DNA of 64,000 nt from an uncultured Gammaproteobacteria bacterium (GCA_964504535.1 CAZDED010000008.1:12673-76672), one strand, 5' to 3'. Shown: positions 1 to 8,935, counted from the first letter of the stretch. The notes: a model not told the origin generated them from the letters alone. Made by a program: numbers and translations.

Positions 1-477
1 ATTGTAGGTAAACCCATTATCCCACTGATAACAATAGGAGACACTGTTCACAATTTTATTGATGGCATTGCAATTGCAGCAACCTTTTTGGTAAACATAC
101 CTCTCGGAATAATTACCACATTTGCTGTGGGTGCTCATGAAATTCCTCAAGAAATAGGGGATTTCGGGATAATGCTTAAAATGAAGCTTTCAGTCAAAAA
201 AATTCTGACAATCAACATTGTAAGTGCTTTAGCTTCATTCGTTGGTGCTATTCTGGCATATTACTATGGAGGGCGAGTTGAGGGTCTATCAGTGATTTTC
301 CTTGCTATAACTTCCGGCTTGTTCTTGTATATCTCTTTGTCAGATCTTATTCCTGAAATACATCACGAAAATAAGAAGGGTTTGGCATTTAAAGAAACAG
401 GCTGGCTCATAGCCGGGGTTATCGTAATTTACTTTGCTATGTTTTTTATCAAGAATGTTGTGCACATATCAGCGTAA
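1..477 (+). CDS. ZIP family zinc/metal transporter, 5'-truncated by the window edge
   Basis: Frame is open from base 1. It has the ZIP TM4/TM5 motifs GDTVHNFIDG and AHEIPQEIGDFG plus hydrophobic helices. Confidence 0.9.
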   Translation: MVGKPIIPLITIGDTVHNFIDGIAIAATFLVNIPLGIITTFAVGAHEIPQEIGDFGIMLKMKLSVKKILTINIVSALASFVGAILAYYYGGRVEGLSVIFLAITSGLFLYISLSDLIPEIHHENKKGLAFKETGWLIAGVIVIYFAMFFIKNVVHISA

Positions 478-514
478 TTGAATCTTTTCAGCTTGTGCAC
501 TACAATTTTATCAA

Positions 515-1438
515 GTGAAGAAAATATTAATATTTCTTATAGTTCTTGTTATATCTGCCTCATTCGGACTTCTTTTTAAAGACCCCCTGTATGCGACAAC
601 AAAAAGTGTTTTTTACTATTCTCCATGTGACTATCCAATTCCATTTGCTATTGGTGATATAGACTCGAAATTTGATATCACCAGAGAAGAATTGCTAGAG
701 GATACAAAGACTGCTGGTAGCATTTGGAGTGGAACTCAGGGAAAACAACTTTTTGTCTATGATCCGGAATCAGATTTCACAGTAAATATGGTCTACGATT
801 CTAGGCAAGAACTGACAAGCAAAATCACAAAATTAAATGATAACTTGAAAGAGCAGCAGGGCAACATTGACCCAAAGATAGCTGAATTTAAGAAAAATCA
901 AGCAGCATTTGAGGTAAAAGTTGCCGATTTGAACTCAAAAGTATCATATTGGAATTCACATGGGGGTGCTCCAAAAGATGAGTACGATAAGTTAGTAGAA
1001 ATTCAAAAAACGTTACAAGCTGAAGCCGCCAGCCTCAATGCTACCGCCAGTGAGCTTGGTCAATCTACGCAGCAATACAATCTCTCAGCTAAAGAGCTGA
1101 ACCAGACAATTGGTGATTATCAAAGCGTTTTGCTCACAAAACCGGAAGAAGGCTTGTATGAACAAGAAGGAAAAACACGAAAAATAAGTATATATATCGA
1201 TATTGATGAGAAGGAATTTTTGCACACTTTAACTCACGAAATGGGACATGCGTTGGGACTCAGCCACAATGATGATAAGTCGTCAATTATGTACCCTCAA
1301 ACAACAAATATTCTCAAGCCGTCAAATAAAGATATTATGGATCTGAATGAAATTTGCCGTGAACGTACCGTGTTTGAAGTTGCTTATAACAAAGTTCTGG
1401 AAGTAATATTCGCTTTACGTTCGAAATTTAAAGTTTGA
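515..1438 (+). CDS. Matrixin-like (metzincin M10) metalloprotease with coiled-coil insert
   Basis: N-terminal signal/TM, zinc motif HEMGHALGLSH, Met-turn SIMYP, and a central Q/E/K-rich helix. Confidence 0.85.
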   Translation: MKKILIFLIVLVISASFGLLFKDPLYATTKSVFYYSPCDYPIPFAIGDIDSKFDITREELLEDTKTAGSIWSGTQGKQLFVYDPESDFTVNMVYDSRQELTSKITKLNDNLKEQQGNIDPKIAEFKKNQAAFEVKVADLNSKVSYWNSHGGAPKDEYDKLVEIQKTLQAEAASLNATASELGQSTQQYNLSAKELNQTIGDYQSVLLTKPEEGLYEQEGKTRKISIYIDIDEKEFLHTLTHEMGHALGLSHNDDKSSIMYPQTTNILKPSNKDIMDLNEICRERTVFEVAYNKVLEVIFALRSKFKV

Positions 1439-1448
1439 AGTTTTCCGT

Positions 1449-1949
1449 TTAGTTAACTGTCAATTTACCGACCATTCCCATTGTGCGGTGGTTTCCTACG
1501 CTGCAGTAAAATTCAAAAGTACCTTTTTTGCTAGCGACGAATGTTAGCTCATCTGTTTGATTCGCCTGAATTGTTTTTGATTTTACATTGAATTCATCGA
1601 TCACAAAATCATGAAATCCTTGGGTGTTTTTGAATACTATTTTTACCGTGTCGCCTTCATTTACAGTTAGAACGTTTGGTGAGAATTTAAAGTTTGAGCC
1701 ATCAACTTCGAATGTTCTTACGGCTTCCTCTTTCATTGCTTCGCCGCTTGGTTCTTTGGCTTCCTCATTAACAACAGCCGTTGTTGGTTGTGTCTCAGGG
1801 CTTTGTGGGGTTTGGGCTGATTTGTTGCCATTTTTCGTCATCATGTATCCCGCTATTGCAATTACTAAAATGACAACTATGACTCCAATGATAACCATTG
1901 GTGACATTCCTTTTTTATTTTCTGGGGATGAAGATGCCTCGTTTTCCAT
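1449..1949 (-). CDS. Membrane-anchored cupredoxin/plastocyanin-like protein
   Basis: N-terminal TM helix, P/T/E linker, and type-1 Cu ligands H...FYCSVGNHRTMGM. Confidence 0.85.
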   Translation of the reverse strand: MENEASSSPENKKGMSPMVIIGVIVVILVIAIAGYMMTKNGNKSAQTPQSPETQPTTAVVNEEAKEPSGEAMKEEAVRTFEVDGSNFKFSPNVLTVNEGDTVKIVFKNTQGFHDFVIDEFNVKSKTIQANQTDELTFVASKKGTFEFYCSVGNHRTMGMVGKLTVN

Positions 1950-2005
1950 AGTTGTACTATGCCACTGATCATTTATCTTGTCAAGTAGTTTCTGTTTTGG
2001 AACTG

Positions 2006-2076
2006 TGGACCCGAGGAGAATCGAACTCCTTTCTCATCCATGCCATGGATGCATTCTACCGGTGAACTACGGGCCC
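2006..2076 (-). tRNA. tRNA-Ala (GGC)
   Basis: Reverse complement folds as a cloverleaf: acceptor GGGCCCG/CGGGTCC, anticodon arm CATCC-ATGGCAT-GGATG, T-loop GTTCGATTC. CCA is not encoded. Confidence 0.95.
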
Positions 2077-2130
2077 AACTGCATAATTGTACAAAACTTA
2101 GTTCTTGTTTTATAGTGGTACAATGTTTTC

Positions 2131-3333
2131 ATGCAGACAGTTCCTCTGGCAGAGCGGATGCGCCCCACAAATCTTGATGAATATATAGGTCAAGAGCATT
2201 TAGTAGGAAAAGACAAAACCATCAGACGAATGATTGAGACCGGCAATATAACGTCAATGATATTCTGGGGACCTCCCGGATGTGGAAAAACGACTCTCGC
2301 AACAGTTATAGCAAATTCGATAGATGCAGAATTTATATTCTTCTCAGCTGTAACAAGTGGAGTTGCCGACGTTAGAAATGTTATAAAGCATGCACAGCAG
2401 GTAAAAGAGGAGCAAGGCAAAAAAACTATTTTGTTTGTTGATGAGATCCATAGATTTAATAAGGCACAGCAAGACGGTTTTTTACCTCATGTTGAAAATG
2501 GAACCATAATTCTTATCGGTGCAACTACTGAAAATCCGGGTTTTCGAATTAATGCTCCACTTCTTTCAAGATCCCAACTTTTTGTATTAAAGACACTTGA
2601 AAATAATGACATTGAAAAAGTCGTTATTCGCGCACTAAAACTCTTTCCAAAAATAAAGTCTGAAAAAGAGGCTATTGAGCACATAGTCAGCTACTCACAT
2701 GGGGATGCCAGATTTGCCATCAATGCGGTGGAGGTTGCTGTCAGCATTTCAAAAAAACTTGACCTCAAAACCGCGGAAGAGGCGATGCAAAAAAGAGCTG
2801 TGTATTATGACAAGAAAGGTGACTATCATTACGATACCATCTCAGCATTTATTAAATCTATGCGGGGGTCAGACCCCGATGCAACGCTTCACTATTTGGC
2901 ACGAATGCTAAAAGCTGGGGAGGACCCGATGTTTATTGCCAGACGAATGGTCATATTTGCCAGTGAAGACATTGGAAATGCCCAGCCAACAGCTTTGGTT
3001 GTTGCCACAAGTGCTATGCAAGCTGTTCACATGATAGGTCTTCCTGAAGCACAATTAATCTTGGCCCAAACAGCAACATTTCTTTCTTCAGCTAAAAAAT
3101 CAATTGCTTCAACAGTAGGAATTTTTGAAGCGTTAAATGATGTTGAGATGGAAAATTTGCCAGCAATCCCATTGCATCTTCGTAATGCTTCAAACAAGGT
3201 TATGGAAAGTCTTGATTATGGGAAAGGTCACGTGAGATACGCCTGGAAAGAAGAAAAAGCGGGGAAAAAAATTGAGCAGGATTATTTACCAAAAGAACTA
3301 AAAGGAAAGAAATACTTCAAAAAAGACTGGTAA
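2131..3333 (+). CDS. rarA: Replication-associated recombination protein A (AAA+ ATPase)
   Basis: PLAERMRP, Walker A GPPGCGKTT, Walker B DEIHRFNKAQQD, and SAFIKSMRGSDPDA. Confidence 0.97.
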   Translation: MQTVPLAERMRPTNLDEYIGQEHLVGKDKTIRRMIETGNITSMIFWGPPGCGKTTLATVIANSIDAEFIFFSAVTSGVADVRNVIKHAQQVKEEQGKKTILFVDEIHRFNKAQQDGFLPHVENGTIILIGATTENPGFRINAPLLSRSQLFVLKTLENNDIEKVVIRALKLFPKIKSEKEAIEHIVSYSHGDARFAINAVEVAVSISKKLDLKTAEEAMQKRAVYYDKKGDYHYDTISAFIKSMRGSDPDATLHYLARMLKAGEDPMFIARRMVIFASEDIGNAQPTALVVATSAMQAVHMIGLPEAQLILAQTATFLSSAKKSIASTVGIFEALNDVEMENLPAIPLHLRNASNKVMESLDYGKGHVRYAWKEEKAGKKIEQDYLPKELKGKKYFKKDW

Positions 3334-3362
3334 CAGTGTACACTTATATTGTGAACACAAAA

Positions 3363-4241
3363 ATGTTGTTTTTTGGGATTATAGCTATCGTTTTACTAGC
3401 TGCTATTGCTTATGCCGGCATTACTGCATATATTGCTTATTCTCTCACGATTCTTAAGCCAAGCCCCATCACTATTGACAAGCATACCATCGGAGAAAGA
3501 GCCGCAGATGTGGCGTTCCGTTCTACCGACAACACACAACTTGCCGGTTGGTTCTTCCCTGGCACAAATGGAAAGGTTATTATGTTTGTTCCCGGTGCTG
3601 GACAGAACAGAACCAACATCGATTATGGCGGAACTGAAATAGCAAAGTATTTCGTTGATGCTGGATACTCTGTTTTACTATTTGACCTTCGGGGAACTGG
3701 AGAATCTCAAGTGACCCGTCAAAGTTTTGGACAATATGAAAGAAATGATGTTGCAGGTGCCTACAATTACCTCGTAAAACAAGAATATGATCCCAAAAGC
3801 ATAGGTATCATAAGTGATTCTTTGGGCGCTATTTCAACGATCATGGCTTCAAGCGAAATTAAAGATGCAGGAGCTATTGTGCTTGATAGTCCAGCAACAG
3901 AAGTTATGACCGCCATCTCTCACCTTATGGAAGGGGAGCACAATGTTCCACGATTCCTGCATCCCGGTGTGTATTTTTGGGCAAAAACTCTTTATGGAAT
4001 AGATGCTGCAAGCGTTAGGCCGATAGATCAGGTTCATTATCTTGAAAATACTCCTTTATTGTTTCTTCACGGAGCCAAGGATGATCTTATCCCTCCATTT
4101 AACTCAGAGGAGCTTTTATCCAAAGTCAAAAAAGGTAGTCGTGTTCTTTTTCCTAACTCGGATCACGTTCATACATATAAGAGTGATCACGCTTTATACC
4201 TAGACACAGTTACTGAGTTTTTTATGAAGAATTTAGAGTAA
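3363..4241 (+). CDS. Membrane-anchored alpha/beta hydrolase
   Basis: N-terminal TM, LFDLRGTGES, nucleophile elbow SDSLG, HGAKDDLIP and a C-terminal His. Start is uncertain (3336/3351/3363). Confidence 0.85.
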   Translation: MLFFGIIAIVLLAAIAYAGITAYIAYSLTILKPSPITIDKHTIGERAADVAFRSTDNTQLAGWFFPGTNGKVIMFVPGAGQNRTNIDYGGTEIAKYFVDAGYSVLLFDLRGTGESQVTRQSFGQYERNDVAGAYNYLVKQEYDPKSIGIISDSLGAISTIMASSEIKDAGAIVLDSPATEVMTAISHLMEGEHNVPRFLHPGVYFWAKTLYGIDAASVRPIDQVHYLENTPLLFLHGAKDDLIPPFNSEELLSKVKKGSRVLFPNSDHVHTYKSDHALYLDTVTEFFMKNLE

Positions 4242-4282
4242 CTAATGACTACTAACTGCTAACTACTGACTAACAATTAACA
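4241..4282 (+). repeat. Degenerate heptamer tandem repeat (ACTRMTR-like, 6 units)
   Basis: ACTAATG ACTACTA ACTGCTA ACTACTG ACTAACA ATTAACA read directly. Confidence 0.8.
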
Positions 4283-4284
4283 GT

Positions 4285-4860
4285 ATGACTGGAAGAACTC
4301 ACGATTTGGCTGCATTCACTGCATTAAATGTAATAGTTGCTACTCAGCAGATACCTACCATGACCCTGGCAACCGCATTTGTTGCCTTTTCCGCAAATAT
4401 GATAGGTGGTCTTGCTCCTGACATAGACCAATCGACCGGAGTTGTTTGGAAAAAGGTACGTTTTGGAATATTTCTTGGAAAGCTTCTGTCACCAATATTT
4501 GGAGGTCACAGACATATCTCTCATTCTCTTCTTGGCATCGTATTCTTTGCTGTTGTTTCAAAATTTCTGTTACTTCTGATTCGCAATGTTCTCATCGTTG
4601 ATGTTGATGTTGTTTGGTGGTCATTTATGATTGGAGTTTTGTCACACTTAATAAGTGACACATTCACACACAGTGGAGTGCCATGGTTATTTCCTATTCC
4701 CATAAACCTTGGAATACCGCCTATCAAGGCGTTGAGGTTCCATACCGGAAGTTTTGTTGAGAAAGGCATCGTCTTTCCAGGGTTGTTGCTCGTGAATATG
4801 TATGTTTTTTACACTTACCACAATCACATCATCGAGTTCCTGAAAAATGGGATTCACTGA
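4285..4860 (+). CDS. YdjM-like membrane metal-dependent hydrolase
   Basis: MTGRTH, PDID, GHRHISHS and HLISDTFTHSGVPWLFP motifs. Confidence 0.9.
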   Translation: MTGRTHDLAAFTALNVIVATQQIPTMTLATAFVAFSANMIGGLAPDIDQSTGVVWKKVRFGIFLGKLLSPIFGGHRHISHSLLGIVFFAVVSKFLLLLIRNVLIVDVDVVWWSFMIGVLSHLISDTFTHSGVPWLFPIPINLGIPPIKALRFHTGSFVEKGIVFPGLLLVNMYVFYTYHNHIIEFLKNGIH

Positions 4861-4908
4861 CTACTAACTACTGACAGATAACTTCTGACTGCTGGCTACT
4901 GACTGCTA
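4860..4908 (+). repeat. Degenerate heptamer tandem repeat (7 units)
   Basis: ACTACTA ACTACTG ACAGATA ACTTCTG ACTGCTG GCTACTG ACTGCTA. Confidence 0.8.
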
Positions 4909-5010
4909 GCTTGTCGAAGTGTGCCTGAGGCGGGGCGCGGTCGGGCTTTGCCTGCGAGGATCGCCGAAATACAGTTAACACTGAGCTTGTCGAAGTGTGC
5001 CTGAGGCGGG
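4908..5010. repeat. 27-bp perfect direct repeat of the tRNA-Leu 3' end plus flank (att-like)
   Basis: AGCTTGTCGAAGTGTGCCTGAGGCGGG occurs at 4908-4934 and 4984-5010. Confidence 0.9.
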
Positions 5011-5078
5011 ACTCGAACCCGCATGACTTGCGCCACACGCTCTTAAGGCGTGCGTGTATACCATTCCACCACTCAGGC
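4998..5078 (-). tRNA. tRNA-Leu (TAA)
   Basis: Acceptor GCCTGAG/CTCAGGC, D-loop GGAATGGTATAC, anticodon arm CACGC-CTTAAGA-GCGTG, long variable arm, T-loop GTTCGAGTC. Confidence 0.95.
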
Positions 5079-5189
5079 CAATTTAATAACAAGATACTAG
5101 TAATTAGACACTAGACAATAGGAATTTTACATTAGTTTAGCTTCTCATTCAATCAACCTGCGCCTTTTGTCTCCTGTTTATTGTCTATT

Positions 5190-6164
5190 TTACCCGTGTG
5201 GAGGTGGCACAACCCCCAATGATTTAAGGCTGTAGTCAAGTATTTCCGCCATTTCAGTTCTTCTGCTTTGGCTATTTAAAATAACAGCAATTATTTTGTG
5301 TCCTTGGTAATCAAGATACGTCACAAGACAAAGCCCGGCCTCATCTGTAAACCCTGTTTTTACACCTTTTACTCCCGGATAGGTAGTCAATAAATTCGTT
5401 TCATTATAGAGTGTATAACCCTTATGTGTTGGTGTAATTTCAATATCGTATTGATAAGTTGCGACAATTTCTGCAAAATCTTTCTTCTGCAGTGCATAAT
5501 TTGTCATTACAAGCAATTCCTTTGCTGTGCTAAATTGTTCTCCGTCCCCTTGTAGTCCCGTGGGATTTGTAAATCGTGTATTGGAAAGACCCAAATCCTC
5601 AGCCTTTTTATTCATAAGATGAATATAGCCACTTCTTTTAAATTTGCTTGCCTGAGCTATCGCTTCAGCTGCATCATTTCCTGACTGAAGAAGCATTCCA
5701 TATATCAGATCTGAAAGTTTTAGGGTTTCACCTTCTGAGAGACCCATTGAGTCCTCGCCAATAGTCGCTGCCGATTTTGTAATGGTAATATTTTGTTGCA
5801 ACGACATGTTTTCCAGAGCTATTACTGCGGTCATAATTTTTGTTAATGAGGCCATAGGCAGCCTGGTGTCAATATTTTTTTCATATAACATTGTGTTTGT
5901 TTGGGTGTCATAGGCAAGAGCTGCTTTTGCCGTAATTTCTAAGGGTTTTTGAGAAGTTCCCAGTACACCAAGCCGGGGTTGCCAGAAGAATGTTGATTCC
6001 GACTGATTGTACATAACATTTGTTAAGAGCTTTGGTATTGGCGAAACAATGTTTGAGAGACTGTTAGATTTGCCAATATTTATATAAGAAATGCTAAAAA
6101 GGATAATGTTTCCTGCAATTAAAATTACAAAAAACCAAAATAAAAATTTACCAACAATTTTCAT
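5190..6164 (-). CDS. D-alanyl-D-alanine carboxypeptidase (peptidase S11, DacA/DacB-like)
   Basis: SxxK (ASLTK), SGN and KTG motifs, with an N-terminal TM. Confidence 0.93.
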   Translation of the reverse strand: MKIVGKFLFWFFVILIAGNIILFSISYINIGKSNSLSNIVSPIPKLLTNVMYNQSESTFFWQPRLGVLGTSQKPLEITAKAALAYDTQTNTMLYEKNIDTRLPMASLTKIMTAVIALENMSLQQNITITKSAATIGEDSMGLSEGETLKLSDLIYGMLLQSGNDAAEAIAQASKFKRSGYIHLMNKKAEDLGLSNTRFTNPTGLQGDGEQFSTAKELLVMTNYALQKKDFAEIVATYQYDIEITPTHKGYTLYNETNLLTTYPGVKGVKTGFTDEAGLCLVTYLDYQGHKIIAVILNSQSRRTEMAEILDYSLKSLGVVPPPHG

Positions 6165-6189
6165 GCAGTATTTAGTATAATTAACACTT

Positions 6190-6783
6190 ATGGCGGAAAC
6201 AACAAATTATAGAAAGCACGCAAACACAAATCCAATACAAAAGCTTCTTATTAACAACTTCTACAAAACGTTTTTCGATATGGTAAAGCCCCTGAGGGCT
6301 AAAAGAATACTTGATGTTGGTTGTGGTGAAGGGTTTACACTCAAAAAATTGGAAGAGAAAAAAATTGGTAAGAAAAATGAAGGTATTGATTACTCAAATG
6401 ACGCAATTAAAATTGGCAAGAAAATCTATCCTGAGTTAAATCTTAAGAAGGGGGATGTTTATAAATTGGATTACAAAGATAATTCTTTTGATCTTTCTAT
6501 CTGTACTGAGGTTTTGGAGCACTTGGAAGATCCTGACAAAGCTGTCTCTGAGATTAGACGTGTAACGTCAAAATATATCGTTTTTTCAGTTCCAAATGAA
6601 CCTTTTTTCATAATGGCAAACTTCATGCGTGGCAAGTATTTAAAAAATTTTGGTAATCATCCAGAACACATCAATCACTGGACTGCGTGGGGATTTGAAA
6701 ATTTTTTAAAGAAGCAAGGTCTTGTGGTAGTCAAAAGCAAACACCCGTTTGCCTGGAGCCTTGTACTCACAAAAAAGGTTTAG
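6190..6783 (+). CDS. Class I SAM-dependent methyltransferase
   Basis: ILDVGCGEG and FDLSICTEVLEHL. Confidence 0.9.
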   Translation: MAETTNYRKHANTNPIQKLLINNFYKTFFDMVKPLRAKRILDVGCGEGFTLKKLEEKKIGKKNEGIDYSNDAIKIGKKIYPELNLKKGDVYKLDYKDNSFDLSICTEVLEHLEDPDKAVSEIRRVTSKYIVFSVPNEPFFIMANFMRGKYLKNFGNHPEHINHWTAWGFENFLKKQGLVVVKSKHPFAWSLVLTKKV

Positions 6784-6784
6784 A

Positions 6785-6814
6785 GAAAAAAACAACCCCG
6801 CGAAGCGAGGTTGT
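6785..6814 (-). terminator. Intrinsic terminator hairpin, U-tract on the minus strand, possibly bidirectional
   Basis: ACAACCCCGC-GAA-GCGAGGTTGT preceded by an A7 run. Confidence 0.6.
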
Positions 6815-7115
6815 AATTTAAGGCAGCCCAAAACTAATTCCATAATAGTGTGTTACTTAATTAGTGTCAACATCCATAAAACTATATACGTACCTTTTTT
6901 TGATTTCATGAAAATAAGTCCGCTTCACAAACAATTTTGAAGCTAAATATTGAGTACAAAAAATCCGGCAAAATGGTTAGAGGATATAATTACTTGCATT
7001 CTCAAGAAATGTGATACAATACATACAGCTAAGAGGAATTTGAAACCCGCATTTAGCCCCAGAATATCGAAACACATACTATATTTATATCCCACGGACA
7101 GGAGGTGAACATTAC

Positions 7116-7490
7116 ATGACAAAACTTTATATTGGAAATTTACCATACACAACAACTGAGGATGATCTTAAAACATTATTCGCAGATTACGGAACAGTTC
7201 TTTCTGCAACCCTTATCACTGATCGTGACAGCGGACGTAGCAAAGGATTTGGATTCGTAGAGCTTGAAGATGACGCTAAAGCCCAAGAAGCAATTACTGC
7301 TCTTGATAAGTCAGCTATGGGAGAGAGAACTATATTCGTATCAGTTGCTCGCCCAAGAGAAGAGAGACCACAAGGCGGAGGCTTTGGAGGTGGATCTAGA
7401 GGAGGATTTGACCGAGGCGGAAGCCGTGGCGGAGGAAGAGACGATAGACGCGGAGGTGGAGGCCACGGTGGAGGTTGGAATAGAAACTAA
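7116..7490 (+). CDS. RRM (RNP-1) RNA-binding protein with Gly/Arg-rich tail
   Basis: RNP2 LYIGNL, RNP1 KGFGFVEL, RGG repeats, and a strong SD (AGGAGGTGA). Confidence 0.95.
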   Translation: MTKLYIGNLPYTTTEDDLKTLFADYGTVLSATLITDRDSGRSKGFGFVELEDDAKAQEAITALDKSAMGERTIFVSVARPREERPQGGGFGGGSRGGFDRGGSRGGGRDDRRGGGGHGGGWNRN

Positions 7491-7521
7491 GTTTCTATTT
7501 CGAATCTACTTAACCCAATAG

Positions 7522-7632
7522 AAATACCATTTGTGATAAGATGTTTGTAATATGCTGAACTTGCTTCAGCGTCTACAGATTCTGAAAGTGTTTCAGAATA
7601 TTATAAACAACCCAAGCAAATGGTATTTTTTT
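7522..7632 (+). terminator. Terminator-like long stem containing a nested two-hairpin REP-like element
   Basis: Outer stem AAATACCATTTG/CAAATGGTATTT followed by a T-run. Inner stems are GCTGAA-CTTGC-TTCAGC and TTCTGAAA-GTG-TTTCAGAA. Confidence 0.65.
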
Positions 7633-7633
7633 G

Positions 7634-7750
7634 GCGAAACATTGTGATGACGGTGTGCTCACCGGGCTCTCTTGCTTCAGCGAAACGATTCTGAGGTTTA
7701 CCAGTATGCGAAGCACCCCAGTGATTCAGGGTAACACTCTATCTTCGGAC
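7634..7750 (-). ncRNA. Candidate structured non-coding RNA (rod-like, family unassigned)
   Basis: ORF-free, GC-richer intergenic segment. Minus-strand pairings include TCACTGGG/CCCGGTGA and TCAG/CTGA. Strand is uncertain. Confidence 0.35.
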
Positions 7751-7777
7751 TTTTCGTAAATTTATATCTTAAGCAGC

Positions 7778-8362
7778 TCAACTTAGAGCTCTGCCTTGGT
7801 CTAAAAGGCGATTCTTGCGGGTAGAGATCCTTTCTTGCATTTCGGTTGCCTTATTAAGTAGCAGCAAGTCATAAGATTGCAACGCGTCCTCAACAAGAGC
7901 CGCTGTTGCCTCTATCCCCCAATCCAAAAATGCTACATTTATTGCACCGTCCTCACTTCTACAAGAGCCGGTGAGAGTAAAACCCGCCATATTTACTGCA
8001 TCCAATGGTAATAATTTTTCCACAAATTCAAAGGCATCCTTCGCAGCATTTCTCAAATTAGCAGCTTCCGTTTCATGTTCTGGGGTGTTTTTTGCCAGCT
8101 TAGCTATTCTATGAGTTACATTGATACCTTCAACATAGGCCCTTGCACGAACCCTGTCCGATGCATCAGAGTTAATTACACTTAAGCAATCAGCCTGCCA
8201 CCGAAGAAGTTCTTCCAAAGTTTTTTTTGGCCTTGTCACAGTATCAGCTAATGCACTTATTGGGCGTCCTACTTCGGGGTGCGGACTGTATCTGCTTGGA
8301 TTGGTGGCCTCAGGCTTAAACCATCTGCGACTAGCTCTTCCCTCACCTCTCTCTTTTGTCAT
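7778..8362 (-). CDS. Hypothetical protein (orphan)
   Basis: 194-aa ORF with TTGACT-N17-TACTAT promoter directly upstream. Confidence 0.65.
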   Translation of the reverse strand: MTKERGEGRASRRWFKPEATNPSRYSPHPEVGRPISALADTVTRPKKTLEELLRWQADCLSVINSDASDRVRARAYVEGINVTHRIAKLAKNTPEHETEAANLRNAAKDAFEFVEKLLPLDAVNMAGFTLTGSCRSEDGAINVAFLDWGIEATAALVEDALQSYDLLLLNKATEMQERISTRKNRLLDQGRALS

Positions 8363-8434
8363 AAGGGAAATAGTAGCTTAAAATTAAAAAAAGTCAATGT
8401 TTAGACACTACGGTATTTTTTTTGCCAAAAAAAA

Positions 8435-8935
8435 TTAGGCAGCTTTTCTTCGGAGTTTTGCGATGTAGACTATTTCTTGGATTGTGCCATCTTCGGCTTC
8501 AAAATAGTTTTGTCCAGATGTCGTAGCGTATTCTTGGATGTAATTTGAAAGTTCCTCCCGAGTGTCGGCAAGATTTTCTTTTAATTCATTGAGTTTTTCA
8601 ACAACATGCTTTACATCCGGTCTTTTAAAGATTTCTTTTTTAGTGTTTGTCTTGATCCTAGAAGCTTCCTTAGCTGCTTCAGCGTGTTGCTTGAATGTCG
8701 CATCGTTATCAAGAACAGTATCAACCATTTCTTTGTGCTTTGCCATCTCTTCTTCAATCACTTTAATCTCTTTTAGATTGGCATTTATGAGGTTTGTAAG
8801 ACTTACTACCAGTTCTGCTGCAGACTGAGGTTCATCACTTACTTCAGTTGAGATTTCGACTTCAGGGGTTATAGAGGCTTCATCCTCGATTTGGCCTTCT
8901 ACAATATTTTCATCATTTTTCGTTGCGTCATCCAT
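8435..8935 (-). CDS. Hypothetical coiled-coil protein
   Basis: Acidic N-terminus and long E/K helix, with TTGACT...TATATT promoter upstream. Confidence 0.8.
   Translation of the reverse strand: MDDATKNDENIVEGQIEDEASITPEVEISTEVSDEPQSAAELVVSLTNLINANLKEIKVIEEEMAKHKEMVDTVLDNDATFKQHAEAAKEASRIKTNTKKEIFKRPDVKHVVEKLNELKENLADTREELSNYIQEYATTSGQNYFEAEDGTIQEIVYIAKLRRKAA

Noticed and set aside
2035-2052. Extended palindrome in the tRNA-Ala anticodon arm
   Set aside because: An A32-U38 pair is a known feature of tRNA-Ala(GGC) and is not novel.
4241-4908. Heptamer arrays as CRISPR or coding repeats
   Set aside because: No spacers, the units are degenerate 7-mers, and they are non-coding.
4868-5092. 74-aa ORF on the minus strand
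   Set aside because: It overlaps tRNA-Leu and the repeats, so it is spurious.
7634-7750. SRP RNA, tmRNA or RNase P assignment
   Set aside because: The diagnostic conserved motifs were not found, so it is kept only as an unassigned candidate.
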